From NCBI GenBank assembly GCA_001643675.2, contig LSRY02000013.1, forward strand, positions 1,674,001-1,738,000: a DNA stretch of 64,000 nucleotides. Reading direction: 5' to 3'. The notes below the pieces were generated by a model. That model searched no databases. It was not told the DNA's origin and saw nothing but the letters and a program-made list of their open reading frames with translations. The stretch is from Monocercomonoides exilis PA203 (Eukaryota; Protista; Preaxostyla). Within the stretch, counting starts at the first letter, position 1. Each line of letters opens with the position of its first letter. Positions 1 through 13,035 of the stretch are shown in pieces. Made by a program: the position numbers and the translations under genes.

Positions 1-450
1 AACAACAAAAAACAGATAATTTTCACTCTTGGTGTCTACTGATGCAATGGGACTCTGTTAGTCTCTCTTCAGACGATTTAATTAATATTTGATTATCGCA
101 ATCGATATCTTCATCGATTTCTTCTGTTTCATCATCATCATCATCATCATCATCAAACTCAACTTATCCTTCAATATCATTTTCATCATCGTCTGCAAAT
201 TTTGAAACAATTCAATCTTCTGATTTTTCGATTTTGGCAGATTCTTCAAAATCAGATTCTTCTCAATCAACATCAATATTATCATCTTCAAAGTCAATTC
301 CTTCATTGAATCCACCATCTTCGAATCAATCACCGTTTAAATCTCAAATGAGCTCCGAGAACGAAAGAAACATTTCTTTGGGTTCTTTAGCTTCATTTGT
401 AACTCCGTCTCAAGAGAGAATTCAATTTCCTGTTTTTAATTCGCAATAAA
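1..450 (-). pseudogene. Decayed fragment of an acidic (D/E-rich) protein gene
   Basis: One minus frame reads ...FEDGGFNEGIDFEDDNIDVD*EESDFEESAKIEKSED...DDDDDDETEE with several in-frame stops; no family recognised. Confidence 0.3.
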
Positions 451-1887
451 ATACGTTGAATGTTGTTCTCAGTGCTTTTTTTTATCTTCGTCTCATTCAT
501 TCGTTTTTAATGACATGTTTCAAATTATTTATAAATAATAATCATTCGTTATTAACAGCTTTCTTTTCTAGAAAAAAATTCTGAAGTTTCTAAAAATAAA
601 GAATAAAAATCTTTTTAGTCCATATTGCAGTTTTGATGTTTATTCGAAGTGACATTCAAAAAAACGAAAGTTGAAAAAATTGAAACAAGATAAAAATGGG
701 AATGAATTGTTGTTTTAAATAGTTTTGACAATCAGCTGCGTTCTCAAAAAATAGTTTTTGTTTAACTGATTCTATCAGAATCAGATACAGTTATTAAATC
801 TGATAGAAAGCAAAAAGAACGAAAAAAACATAAATAATTCGTTTGAAGAATGTCAAAATACCTCAAAATGCAAATTTCAAACGATAAAAAACAAACAAAA
901 TTATGTCGATCGTAAGTGGTATATAACGAATTTTAAAAATGATCAAGATTCTGGTTGAGTTTAATCATATTTGATACAATCAAATCAAATAATTTCTTTC
1001 AAATTCACAATCACTTATTCTTTGCAAATATCATAGATAGATGCGAAAAAGGTCTTTTTTTGTTTTGACACCAAAATTTCTGAATTATCATTTCAAAAAA
1101 TGAAAAAATGAAATAAAAGATTTCTTTGTTTTTGTCCAAACTTATTATTAATTTGGAACAAATTTTTTCTTTTGAATTTTGTTCCATGCAATAATGTTAG
1201 ATATGGGACGAAATATTTTGCTTTCAAAAATTTTTTCCATTCTTCACATTCAATAACATTTCTCAATTTTTTAAATTTTCTGTATTTTTTTGCATGGGAA
1301 TGCAAGACCTATTGTGATGAAATTATTGAAAAAGTTTGGATCAATTCGTTGTTTATTTCAGAAAAGCTAGAATTTACTCCACTTTTAATGAAAAAACTTT
1401 ATCAAAAAATGTTGAAGAAATAAAAATTGAAAAATAAGACATTTTAATAATTATAAATAGAAATAACTGAAATCACTCGGCCATTCCCAATGAATATTAT
1501 CACATGAAACTTTAAATGAGCCTTAAAGAATCACTAGCCATCCAATTAAGAGTGATAATTCAATTGAGATATACGATTATTTGCAAAATGTTCTCGTATA
1601 CCTTGAAAAAAAAAATTAAATAAAACAAAACCTGAAAAAAAAGTTGTAAAACAATGTTTAAAAAAAAACAATAAACTGGCTTAAAAAAATCTGAAATTGT
1701 CAAAATAAAGATTCTTGAAGCTATTTGCACAAAAGTGTGCGCTCCAACATCTGCACACGCAACAATTACACAAAAGCTGACATACACATATTCCTAAAAT
1801 GCAAAATGCTTAAAATATATAGGAATAATATTCAATAAAACAAGATTATAGTTTTAAATTTTCAAAAAATTGTGTGTTTTGAGTTTA

Positions 1888-4800
1888 CTAGTTTAACTCA
1901 ATATCTTTTGACCTATCTTTCCTTTTTAATTTTTTCTCCTTCTGCTTTTTCTTTTGGCAACAGCACTTATGATGGCAGCAGCAACAACAGCAAATGACAA
2001 TCAGAACAATTACAACAACGCTTCCTGCACTTATTGCTATAACAGGAAAAAGAGGGAATGGTTCATCGTCAATTGGCTTTTCTGTTCCAGTGCCATTTGT
2101 AACATTGTTTGTTTGAGACTTTGTCCAATTTGTTGCAACAAGTTCAGCAGAATCCCAAATCGAGCTCCCAGTCAGATTCGGCGCTTTCACATACTTCAAT
2201 CTGATCATGATCTCAGGGAGATTTCCAAAAAATGTTTTCTCTTTTTTTTCTGCAAACGGCTCTGCATCGATTCCTTCAAAGGAATTCGAGCTGGGTGTAT
2301 TGCTGCTTTCAGGAAAATTGAACACAGCGTAGATTCTATCCATCCCGTTAAATGATATTTCATCAGCAATCACAAAGTCATTTTCCGAGTCGCTTTCTCT
2401 CTTCCCTTCCACTTTAACTGCACATGACAGAAAATCATGTCCATATATTGAAACCTCATATTTTGTCGCAGTTGTTGTATTCTTCAAAATAATGTCACTA
2501 ATACGAGGATTTAAATACGATGAAGTGATCTGAGTGAGGTTCCCGCTAAATGTGCATCCTTTATTAAGCCAATGTTGAACTTCATTAATATAATAGGCGC
2601 TTGTTGCATGTAGCTCGATTGCACCACCACCACCACAAACAACATTTCTTTCTCCTTTCATCGATTCGTAAGAAATAGTGTTGTCTGCGATTGTTGAGTC
2701 AATCAGAGTGACTTGGGCACCATCAACCTTGAGTCCTCCCCACGAGTTTGATTTGATCGTGCTGTTGTTAATAGTTGCAGTGCCTCCAGAGATAGCAATC
2801 GTGCCTGTCTCATATTTGCACATGAACTCATCGTCATCTCCAACATCACTTTCTGTGAGAACTCCTTTTATTCCCGTCTGAATGGTGCAAGATAAGATTG
2901 TCGTTGCTGCGTTTGTCAATGATAACAAATAAGTGGTTCCGCTCGCTGGCGTTAAATAATCCACGGTGATGTTCTCCAACTTCAGTGTTCCTCCGGTCGC
3001 CAGAATCAGCGGATTCGTGTACTTTTTTGCAGAGTCGCCATTGATCCAGATCGACAGCAATGTGAGTTCTCCTGTTCCGCTGAGAGCAGCCATCGAAGAT
3101 TCCACATATAGAATCTGCAGATAAAAAGTGTTCAACTTCAGCTTGCCTGCTCCAACATTGAAATAGTATTTGTCTGCAGCCATCTGAGGAATTCCAAGAT
3201 AGTTTCTTCTTGGGGTATCAAACTTTCCTCTGATTTCCACTATTTTTGACCCAACATCAATTCCATTCAAAGATTCGATTCCAAGAACCGGAGAAGATCC
3301 CTGGAGTTCAATATAAATATCACTTTCAGATGTTTTGCTTAAAAGATATCCAATAGATGAACATGAGTTGGGGAACTTGTTGCAGTTTTCCTTATCAGTT
3401 CCGGTGGACGATACACGACTTGGTGGTCCATACTCAACAATTGGAATCCATTCTGTATGATCTTCATTGTTACCAACTTCTTTAACCAAATAGACTCGAT
3501 TTTCCAAAGGAGTATCTGATCGGCTTACGCAGTCCCAAAATAATGCCTTAATCATATTCCATTTATCAATAAGATACGCATCATGAGCAATTTTGCTTGA
3601 AGCAGAGCACCTATCGAAGAAGGAATAAGATACACCTGAAGTCACATATCCATAGAGATTTGTATTGAGAAGGAAAAACAGCCCGCCTCCTCGATTTGAA
3701 GTACATTCACCAAACAGTAAATCCGTAACACTTATGCTCTTTATTCTTTCTATTTCCATTCCTCCTCCAAGGACTTCAGCAACGCACTCAGAAAAAGTGC
3801 ACTCGAAAACTGCATTTTCACATTCTTCGTTCCCATCATTTGTCTTCTCCAAATTGCTAACTGCCGTTGAAGAATACTGGTTGCAAACCCTTGATGAGCA
3901 TTCTCCACTGTAAGTTATGTATAGCCCACCTCCGTAGCTTGCTCTGCAACCGTCAAATGTGCATCCCGAGACAACATGACATCCAGTCACTTCTTGTGAA
4001 ATAAGCCCTCCTCCATATCCTCCTTCTGTCACACATTGATAAAATGTGCAAGAGAAAAGAAACAATGATTTAGCTGCACGAACAGCCACAGCCCCACCAC
4101 TTCCACGTATATTGTACACTGTTTTGCATTGGTTGAAATAGCAATTTGTCATTTTCAATGTGACGGAAGAGCTTAAGCAATAGAAAGCTCCTCCATCGAC
4201 TTGATATGCTTCAGATTTTTGCCAATCGCAGTCCTCAAGAATCACTTCAGTGATTCCAACTGTTGGTACATGTCTGGTATCGAAAGATTTTCCAATTATT
4301 GGTTCATTCGTTTTCCGATTTAACAATCCTCGTTGGCATTCAAAAAATGTGTTATTTCGCGCCATATACGAAATTGTGTTCTCAAAATGAGGAATAACAC
4401 TTCCGTCAACCGGATCATCAACTTTATCGAAATAGCATCCACTCATCGATATAACTTCGCAAAAACTGCTCCTGAATTTTTTCGTGCGATCTTCTTTTTT
4501 GTTCACTGAAAAATTGCTAAAGGTGCACCGAGAAACATCCAGAAATGAGGAGCGTCCGGAAAAGGCAAACGAAGATGATAATATTCCTGCAGATCGGATC
4601 AAACTTTCTGAAATCGAAAAAATTCCATAACTATCTGAGCGGAACATGCTGCATTGAAGACTCGAAGATTTTTGTGCAGGAGAAACGCTGACATTGCCCA
4701 GATGGACAACTCCTTGCGAGTAAAACAGTGAATCCGCCTTTTCCGAATCCACCAAAATCGGAACATTCTTCAAAACACTTGTGCTTTCTTTATCCACATG

Positions 4801-5043
4801 CAGAACGGAGCCCGTGCTTGAAACTTCCATTAACATGCATCGCAGCTCGATTGTGCTGTTATTTAAGCTGAACCAGCAACTCTTTAATTTATCCTCCGAA
4901 AAGTTAACAATCGCGCTCTGCCCAAATCCGTTTTGTTCCAAGCGGGAATCCAAGCAAACACAAACAAATACCGCATTTAAAGCCCATTTGATCAAAAAAA
5001 CCGATAACATCGAAGTTCTTCCTCTTTTATTTTTATACGCCAT
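1888..5043 (-). CDS. Type I membrane surface protein, pectin-lyase-like beta-helix (Pmp-like GGA/GGG and F..C repeats), 1051 aa
   Basis: Uninterrupted ORF with a hydrophobic N-terminus (MLSVFLIKWALNAVFVCVCL). Repeats GGAFY, GGAVA, YGGGL, LGGGM, RGGGL alternate with CTFYQC/CTFDGC/CTFSEC. C-terminal TM helix LFPVIAISAGSVVVIVLIVI is followed by CCCCCC and a Lys-rich tail. Confidence 0.85.
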   Translation of the reverse strand: MAYKNKRGRTSMLSVFLIKWALNAVFVCVCLDSRLEQNGFGQSAIVNFSEDKLKSCWFSLNNSTIELRCMLMEVSSTGSVLHVDKESTSVLKNVPILVDSEKADSLFYSQGVVHLGNVSVSPAQKSSSLQCSMFRSDSYGIFSISESLIRSAGILSSSFAFSGRSSFLDVSRCTFSNFSVNKKEDRTKKFRSSFCEVISMSGCYFDKVDDPVDGSVIPHFENTISYMARNNTFFECQRGLLNRKTNEPIIGKSFDTRHVPTVGITEVILEDCDWQKSEAYQVDGGAFYCLSSSVTLKMTNCYFNQCKTVYNIRGSGGAVAVRAAKSLFLFSCTFYQCVTEGGYGGGLISQEVTGCHVVSGCTFDGCRASYGGGLYITYSGECSSRVCNQYSSTAVSNLEKTNDGNEECENAVFECTFSECVAEVLGGGMEIERIKSISVTDLLFGECTSNRGGGLFFLLNTNLYGYVTSGVSYSFFDRCSASSKIAHDAYLIDKWNMIKALFWDCVSRSDTPLENRVYLVKEVGNNEDHTEWIPIVEYGPPSRVSSTGTDKENCNKFPNSCSSIGYLLSKTSESDIYIELQGSSPVLGIESLNGIDVGSKIVEIRGKFDTPRRNYLGIPQMAADKYYFNVGAGKLKLNTFYLQILYVESSMAALSGTGELTLLSIWINGDSAKKYTNPLILATGGTLKLENITVDYLTPASGTTYLLSLTNAATTILSCTIQTGIKGVLTESDVGDDDEFMCKYETGTIAISGGTATINNSTIKSNSWGGLKVDGAQVTLIDSTIADNTISYESMKGERNVVCGGGGAIELHATSAYYINEVQHWLNKGCTFSGNLTQITSSYLNPRISDIILKNTTTATKYEVSIYGHDFLSCAVKVEGKRESDSENDFVIADEISFNGMDRIYAVFNFPESSNTPSSNSFEGIDAEPFAEKKEKTFFGNLPEIMIRLKYVKAPNLTGSSIWDSAELVATNWTKSQTNNVTNGTGTEKPIDDEPFPLFPVIAISAGSVVVIVLIVICCCCCCHHKCCCQKKKQKEKKLKRKDRSKDIELN

Positions 5044-5183
5044 TATTAAAATTTATCGAGGTTCAATTTATGTTTTTGATCAAAAGGCGATGTTTTGATT
5101 TTTTTCTTTTCTCAAAACATTTAACGACAAATATTTTTGAACAATGGTTGTTGCTTATTTTTCTATGATTTGAAATTGAATTA

Positions 5184-5545
5184 TAGGGTGGTCCAAAATA
5201 TTTTGTTAAAATTATTAAATATGGTATAAAAATTTTTATTAAAAAACATTTTTCATAAAAATAATAACCTTTATTAGTCGTTACAAATTTCAATCACATT
5301 TTCCAACTATTAAACCATTGAAAAACCGTATCTGATGAATTTTTTAAAAAAATTTTTGTTTTCCAGGAACAAATTGCCCAAATATCTGGAAGCTCCAAAC
5401 TTTAACAAATTGAAGCTTATCGTGTTATTAATCAGCTTTCATACCGATTAATTAACAAAATTCAGTTTTATCGAACATTTTTTAATATTTTTATTTTGAA
5501 TTTTATGTTTTTAATTATTTTTGCAAAGAAATATGGACCACCCTA
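5184..5545. mobile_element. Non-autonomous TIR element (MITE), Tc1/mariner-type ends
   Basis: TA|TAGGGTGGTCCA...TGGACCACCCTA|TA, with weaker inverted similarity extending inward; 362 bp, non-coding. The TSD can also be parsed as TATA with GGG/CCC ends. Confidence 0.8.
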
Positions 5546-6159
5546 TATTTTTATTCGAAAATTTGTTGTTTTTTCTGTATATTTTTTGGACTTCGGAATC
5601 ATACAGTTTGTACAAAAAATACTGAACAATAAATTTTATAATGGAAAGATAAATTTTCTATCAATTGAAATAATAATAAAATTTTGTGTTGATGAAACGA
5701 AATAATTTCATTTTTTGTTAATTTCAAAAAAATTTTTTTATTTTCCAAATTTTTAAAATATGGGTTTATTTTTTCACATTGGACCTGAAGCAGCACACTC
5801 AAAGCACTATGGATGAAGATTCAAGCGAAAGTGGAAGTTTATTGCTTCAAAAATCAAAAATTTTGGAGAAATTAACTGAAAATCTCGATCATGATATGGC
5901 AATTAGAATATTTACTGAATTGGAATCCCTAAACCCGGAAAATGTTCCAATCATGCTGAAATATTTACAAATGTTGCTTTATCGATATTATCCGAAATTC
6001 TCAACGTCCAGAGGATTACAATTGTTTGTTTATTTCAAAAAATCAAGAATAGATGAATTAATTAAGATGGCTGATAAAGAATTGAAAGAAAGAGGAAGAC
6101 CTTGTGCTATGTCAAAAGAAAAGGAAGAGGAACAGATAAACCTTTGTATTGATAAATAT

Positions 6160-6414
6160 GGGTGATTATTTTTGAAATCATGACTTTTTTCGGGGTGCTG
6201 TTTTTTCAAAGGTTGCTTGTAATTGGGAAAACCTTTTATGATCAAATGCAAATTGAAACACAATTGTTTCACAAACAAATGAGTAATCTGAAATAAAGAT
6301 GAATATGTCTTGAATACACATGTGCACTTTTCAGTATTCATTGATTAATGTCAAAGTGAATTTTTCAAACCGAAATTTTTGAATGCAAAAATATGATTTC
6401 AAAAATAACCATCC
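6160..6414 (+). mobile_element. Sola-like MITE, subfamily A (255 bp)
   Basis: ATAT|GGGTGATTATTTTTGAAATCAT...ATGATTTCAAAAATAACCATCC|ATAT; inserted in the transposase coding sequence; internal sequence resembles 35369-35626 and, inverted, 28908-29161. Confidence 0.9.
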
Positions 6415-7079
6415 ATATCATCAAGGAAATCCTTTACAATATCATCTTTACAGACTTACATTAATTTGACTTATAATTTAAATATTTCTTACTTCTTTGT
6501 TCGACATTTTTTGTTTTCTCATTGCGACAAATTGAAGAAAAGAACAGCAAGACCGATTGAATTGAAGAGAAAAGATGTCAAACAATCACAAGGAAAAAAA
6601 TATGTGATAGAATTGCAAAAAGTTCTAAATAATGTGGAACCATAATTTGTTTTCTGCATGAATGAAACTGGGATATAAGAATATGTAGATGCAAAAAAAA
6701 ATGAAAGTCATTTGCCTAAAAGAAGTCGATGATAAGAATGTTACATACACAGTTGTGAGAGATGGGAAACTTGTCACATTGATTGTGTGTATTCCTCTTA
6801 TTGGTCCTTCAGTTGTTCCTATGCTTATAATAAAAACTTCCACTGTTCAATCTTTAATATTTGGAGATTTAATTGATGGAGTGGATGTTGTTATCAAAAA
6901 CTCATCCAAGGGTTATTGTTCTTCACAAATCTTTTTGGAATGGCTTTATATTTGTTTTATTCCGCATATTAACAGGCTGAAGGATGAACCAAACAAAAAA
7001 AAAACGGTTCTTATTGCAGACGGCTTTAAAGCACATTCAAGCGACGAAGCTCTTCGTGTTATGGAATTAAACAAGATAT

Positions 7080-7318
7080 GGGTTATTCTTTTTGAAAAGT
7101 CGCAAATGTTTAATTTTCAAATAAATCAAAATATTCATATTTTGCCAAAATTTCTGTTCCCGCTTACGAATCTTCCCAAGAATTCATGAAATAGCATTAT
7201 CAAGTAATAGATTCCACATCAGTGATTTTGGTGAATGTTAACAAAAATTCGAGTAAAATATAAAAGTTTTGATTTATTTGAAAATTAAACATTTGCGACT
7301 TTTCAAAAAGAATAACCC
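7080..7318. mobile_element. Sola-like MITE, subfamily B (239 bp)
   Basis: ATAT|GGGTTATTCTTTTTGAAAAGTCGCAAATGTTTAATTTTCAAATAAATCAAAA with a perfect inverse ending CCC|ATAT. Removing the element and one ATAT restores the transposase frame and DD35D spacing. Confidence 0.93.
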
Positions 7319-8526
7319 ATATGTATTATTTTTATTCCACCACATTCTTCACATTTATTTTCACCGTTGGATTTGGTCACATTCTCAAATCTGAAAAATA
7401 ATTTAAAAAAGTTGCGATCTTTATTCCCATCAAGGCAGCAGGCACATGTCCTTGCTGGTATTGTAAAAAGCTATCAATCATGTACAATTCCATTCACAAA
7501 CAGATCAGCATTTCGCAGAGCAGGAATCACATTGAAAAATGAAGATGGAAAGCAAAAAGTTATGGTAGATCAGTTTCGAATGGCTCAACATATTGAATTA
7601 ATGTCTAAAAACGAAAATCCATTTCAGTCAATAAAAGATAAAAAAGATGAAAATGAAGAGATCAAGAAACAAGATGAAAAAAAGAAAGATAATAATAATG
7701 ATGAAAAAGCAGATGAAAAGGAAGAAGAAAAGGAAGAAGAAAAGGAAGAAGAAATGAAATTTTGGAATGAATGGATAAATGATTATCCAGCATATGTTGT
7801 TGAAATGTTACTAAAAAAGAGAGATAAGATTCAAAAACGAGTAAAAGATTTGGAGAAAATTAACAAAAGAAATAACATTTCAAAAAAAGAAAAAGAAAAA
7901 GATTCATCACAAGAAGAAGATGAAGATGAATGTATTTTTCGTGTGAAGAGAAAAAAGAAAGCTGATTCTATTGATAGTTACATTAAAGGATTGAGAACAA
8001 AGCTTTTCAAAAAGTCAGAAAGTGATTCAGACAATGTTCAAATAAAAAAACAAATTCTAACAACGAGATCTGTGAAAACGCGGAAGAGAATAAATATGTA
8101 CAGTTATGATGATTCATTTTCTGAATCAAGCAGTTTTTATGATAGTTCCACAACTGTGAATAGTGAAGACTCCTCGGTTGAATATTCACCTTCTTTCTTC
8201 GAACATGAATAAAGCAACACAAGCTGCTGTGTTCAAAAAGCTTTTTCTTTCAAATTTCAAACACTTCAAATAAAGAACACAATCAAATTTTTCTGCTCTT
8301 TTGTTTTTTCAGTTAAATAATACTAAAAATTTGATTTAATTCTTCTCTTTAACATATTTAAAACAATTTCAAACTTGTTCGATTATTAATTAAAGTTAAA
8401 AGAAAAAAGTTCGAGTCTTATACACCCAACGAAACTTTTTATCTGAAAGAATCATGAAAGAAATTCGTTTTCCAGTGAATTTGTTTATTTCAACAATCTT
8501 TTGCTTTTCAATTTTTCTCGAAGAAT

Positions 8527-8900
8527 GTGAATGGATTAAGACTTTTCAACCTCAACAGCCCATCCACTTCCCTCTCAACGTTTCACACTTCTTTCCTCCA
8601 CAAAGCACGCTCTTCTGAAAATGCTTCTGAAAAACATATTGGAACAGAAGCCGACAGAAAGAAACCAGGAAGACTTTCTGCATTTTATATGAACAGTCAT
8701 CGCTTTGAATGGTGCGAATGGAACGATTCAAAGGGTGGAAATGATTATGGAGGTGCACTAAAAGTTAACTGCACAAACGAAAATTTCTCAATCACTTTTT
8801 GTACATTTGCATTCATTCAACTGCAGCTGGATGAAATGGAGGATGATTGATTGTCAATGACTTTGTTTAATATAAACTTCACGGTCCAAAATGATTATCT
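8527..8900 (+). pseudogene. Fragment of the beta-helix surface-protein family
   Basis: HRFEWCEWNDSKGGNDYGGALKVNCTNENFSITFCTF resembles VILEDCDWQKS..DGGAFYC..CYF in 1888-5043; truncated and frameshifted. Confidence 0.55.
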
Positions 8901-11029
8901 CCTCTTCGCAACATAGTTGATCAACAGATTTATGGACTTTCCAATCTGATTCATATTGGATGTTTCCGCAAAGCAAAATTGAATGTTTTTCATAAACAAA
9001 TCATTAAAGAAATATTTGGAATAAAAAGATTGATGAAATGAACCAAACTTCGTGTTCTTGCTTCCCAAATTCTTCTTCATTGCAAAAGCTGGTTGTAAAT
9101 CTCCTGGATCATAAAATTTGCTTATTCTCGGTATTTCATACCAAGAATATTTTCATTAGGATGAATACAGGAACGTATACGATTATTTATGAAATTCATC
9201 AACTTCTAAAGGTGGTACTGGGCTGCGTTGAACAAAAACCTTCACGCAATTGAGCAGAACAGAATTCCGTTCGTTTTTCTTCATTGATAAAAATCAAGCA
9301 CTTTGCAAAACAAAGAGAAAGAAAAAGAAAAAAATTCTTCAAACGTGGATAATTATTGACATATCCTTCATTGCAGAAGCAGCAACCACGAAGAAAAACA
9401 ATTAATTCCATCTTGATTAAATAAAGAAAAACTGAAAAATTGACGTGAATAATGGGATAATATATTATTGGAAAACAAAACTATCGCAAATACTTAATGA
9501 TGATAAAACAAACGATGAGTTCATGGTTGGATTTTTGTTTCATAAGAATTCAGCAAATAATCAGCATTGAGATTTTATTTTGTTCACGTGAATTACAGAA
9601 ACTTGAAAATAGATAAAATAACTGAAGGAGATACTCTTGAAATTATTCACAATCTTCGTCTGCTGATATTGAGCAAGCTGATATCCATAATTGACTATCC
9701 TTTAGAATAAATTTCATTTGTCGATTCAAAGAATTAAAGAAAAACAAATAGTAAATGTTTGCTTAGATAATATTAATAGTTTGAAACACACACACTCAAA
9801 ACAAGAACAGCACATTTAAAGCTTCTGGATTTTTCCTGCACTTGAATCTTCAAATTCGTTTTATGTTCGCTCAGAACGCATCAATATAATGCTCTTCCAA
9901 ATAGATAAAAAATTATTCTTTTCTCATGAACTTTCTTATCCAATTGTTTCCTTGTATTTTAAATTAATAAAAAATTTTGTTGACCAGTGTTTTAACAAAA
10001 CAAAAAAGTGAGATAATAATCTCTTTTGTGAGAAAAAGATTGATAAACTTTTAATTCAGTTATTGTTGAAACAAATAATGTTTCAAATTTCGCATTGGTT
10101 AATTTTTTTGAAATAATTCTATGTTTTTTTGAATGAGATGTCAGATAACATTTCGATAAAAAAGAGATAAAGATGAAAGGACAAAGGATTTTGAATTTTG
10201 TTAAAATGTGGGTGATTCTTTTCGAAAACATACTTTTTTTTCGGTGTGATAAAATAGTTCAAAAATTTGTTTCAAAACTTAATTTTCGAATCTGAAAAAC
10301 TGTTGGATTATAATATTGACAATAATTCCATATTAAAGAATCTCTGAAATTGTGATTTCATTGTTCAATAAATCAACAAGATCATTAACACCAAAATTTA
10401 ATTCTGTGTATGCTTTGATAAAGTTATTGTGTTTTAAAATGTGTTGAAGGTATTAAATTCAATCTTGTTTTTTTGTTTGTAATATTAGAAATAATATATA
10501 TTGAAAATAAAAATTAAATGAACTGAAAATGACACAAATTTGTGATTACTTCTTTTGTTTTGATAATTGAATTTTTGTGATATACAGTCACTTTCACAGA
10601 GCAAATAACATCTAATTTGAATGAAGTTAACAAGATGAAAGATTTTCTTCCGATCTATTTGATAATGAATACTTCAAAAATATTTATTCATTTCTTTTTT
10701 TGAACAGATTGTTATTCCAAAAAAAAGAATGACTAATATGGAACATCCAATTTCTTTTTTGAAGAATGTCGAAACTTTAAACAAATGCGAGAAATAATGA
10801 GTGATAAGATTATTATTTGTAATGTGAGCTGGAAAGTTTGAAAAGTTCTGTCAAATCATGACAATCGGTGACAATTCATTCAATTATTTAGTTGATTATT
10901 TGGTGGGAATGAAAATAGAAATAGAAATGCAATACATGAAAATGATACAGCTCCAACAATTTCTATTTCAGAAAAAAAGCTGTTATCGTAAAATGGACAC
11001 CGCTCCAATCACTCTTTATTTTTGGTTGA

Positions 11030-12609
11030 TCACATCAACTTGAAAGATTGATCACATGGTAAGAAAAGCAATGATGTGATTATAATATTGGCCTTGCCTC
11101 CAGGTTCATCCAGACTTGCTGATTCCAGATGAGGAATGAAAAACGGAGAGGGTCGCTCCTGTGCAGCACACTTCAATCTGCAGTCTTCGCTCATGATCCA
11201 CAACGAAGTGTTGCTTTTCAAACCATCCCCGCCTTTTAAGCTGTCAATTTCCAACGAATCCGAATTGCAGCAAAAGATGTTCCAGAGGAGTGATGTGTAT
11301 TTCGGCTTTGAGTGGCTGTTGTCACAAAACTCGCCTTTCTCCATTGTCATGTTGCCCGCCACCAACGCTAATCAGCCTGATGACGAATTCGATATTGTCA
11401 CATCCTTCATCATTGCTGCTGCATGTGACAAATTGATGAGCGATCCATTCCATTTACAGGCACTATCTTCACTGATGGAAATTTCTTTCCTCCCCTCAAA
11501 CTCGCACATGTGTATCGAAATGCCAAGCGCCCTGCTGGCATCCAAAATGCCCCCTTTTTTCGACAACGACACACAATTCTTGCACGAGCAGTTTGACAGG
11601 TTTATCCTGGCAGAAGGCGAATATGCTGAAAGGGGGCATGCACCAAAAGAGTAAAGACTGAAGTTTTTGATGGAAGAACTGCCAAATGAAACAACCCCCG
11701 GCATATCTCGCAAATGGAAATGACACTGCCGTTGCGAGACTTCACTCCATCTTCAATTGCATCATCAATCACCACACTTTCACATTCCCCAACTTCAAAT
11801 AGAATGGATAACAGCTCAATCTGCTTTAGATTCATACTTGCCAGAGACATGTTATTGCTGCGAATCAGCAGGAACACTGGTTGTTCAAATGAAATTTCCG
11901 ATACTGTTCAATTATCGATGAACAGAAGCCCACTTGCAACTCTGAGCAACGACGAGTTGAGGGCAACTTGATGGACGCTGTTTGAAGACATTTCAGCTGC
12001 AAAAAGGACTGATGAAAGGTTAAGCTGCCCATTTGTCTCGCTGATGAATGCTCCTCCTGAAAACGAAAAGGAAGAGACAACAGAGAACGACAAGTTCTCG
12101 ATCCGGACTTTATCTGAGGTAGCCATAATGCTGTTGCCATGTGGGATTGTTGAGTTGAGGAACGCCTGTGCCAGCGAAGGAGATTCGAGCTAGCGGATGG
12201 TTTCATTCAGTGCATTGCATCTACTCAAGATAGCAGTGCGGTTAAAGATCAGCAGCTGGGAGAACAATGAAGGAATGATGTGTAGCAGCCCTTCGCTCAG
12301 CGTGCTGCATGGCACATCCAGCCCTCTACACTGCTTGCTGTCCTCGTAATAGTCACTGGCCGAAGACACAAACACCGTCTCCTCCTGGTCCTTCACAATT
12401 CTCTTCAGCAGATCTTCCTCATCCAGATGCATGCCCGAGGTGTATCCCACTATCGCGACTTCATTCACGAATGGGGCTCTGCAGTCCAACAAAAACTGCC
12501 CATGTGCGATCTGTGCTTCTATCGAGTTGCATTTCACATATACGTCTCTTCTCGGATATGCTGTTTTGTTTTTGAATAAGATTTTCGACAATTCAAATAT
12601 AAGTTGCAA
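11030..12609 (-). pseudogene. Frameshifted fragment of a large surface-protein family (C-terminal part)
   Basis: Chain of short overlapping minus ORFs in a GC-richer block: TVFVSSASDYYEDSKQCRGLDVPCSTLSEGL (compare SRVSSTGTDKENCNKFPNSCSSIGYL in 1888-5043) and WNIFCCNSDSLEIDSLKGGDGL..SLWI...C..FFIP (compare RNVVCGGGGAIEL...WL...C..YLNP). Confidence 0.65.
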
Positions 12610-12922
12610 GAATAATTGTTGAAACGCATTTCACATTTATCCCCCTGCCTTTTCATGTTGAAAAACATAAATTTTTGAGATTTCGCAAACTGAGCAACAA
12701 ATCAAAGTGTCTCCTAATTCTATGAGCATTAAATATTTACAATTTTAATTTTATCAAAACTCAAAAAGTCAATGAAACTTTTTCAATATTTTTAACAAAA
12801 TAATATGAAAATTTCATTTATTTAAAAACAAATATGTCGACATATTTGAATAGAAAAACACACAATATATTAATCATATAAGTAATTCAAAATAGGAAAG
12901 AAGAATGTGAAGGGTCTGTCCT

Positions 12923-13035
12923 GGGAGGCTGATTCTGGACCCAGATCCTGCAAGAAACTGTGCTGGACCGGTCACAGCACAGTTTCAGGACGGAATCAGC
13001 CTAGCCCCAATTTTTTCCATTCAAATGGAAAAAAT
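12923..13035. other. GC-rich nested hairpin plus an adjacent AT-rich hairpin
   Basis: AGGCTGATTC (12926-35) pairs with GAATCAGCCT (12993-13002); TCCTG pairs with CAGGA; GAAACTGTGCTG (12954-65) pairs with CAGCACAGTTTC (12975-86) around GACCGGTC. Second hairpin ATTTTTTCCATT-CA-AATGGAAAAAAT at 13010-35. Confidence 0.8.

Larger units (their letters stand above)
5809..8212 (+). pseudogene. pogo/Fot1-like DD35D transposase (DDE_1 family), disrupted by two MITEs, stops and frameshifts
   Basis: Motifs GRP, FVFCMNETG (about 6640-6672), KGY..SQIFLEWL and VLIADGFKAH. After excising the MITE at 7080-7318 it reads NKI|CIIFIPPHSSHLFSPLD, giving 35 residues between the last two Asp; AFRRAGI follows. Own TIRs not found. 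Confidence 0.85.

Noticed and set aside
770-808. TTCTATCAGA/TCTGATAGAA inverted repeat
   Set aside because: Ten AT-rich bp is within chance expectation; no TSD and no second copy.
6157-7321. GGG...CCC elements as TA-bounded ciliate-like IESs, introners or Tc1/mariner MITEs
   Set aside because: Two copies have no TA flank, all five fit a 4-bp AWWT duplication, there are no GT-AG ends, and the host transposase is independently broken.
12926-13002. Hammerhead ribozyme or tRNA in the hairpin cassette
   Set aside because: No CUGAUGA core (the sequence reads CTGATTC), no cloverleaf and no TTCGA arm.
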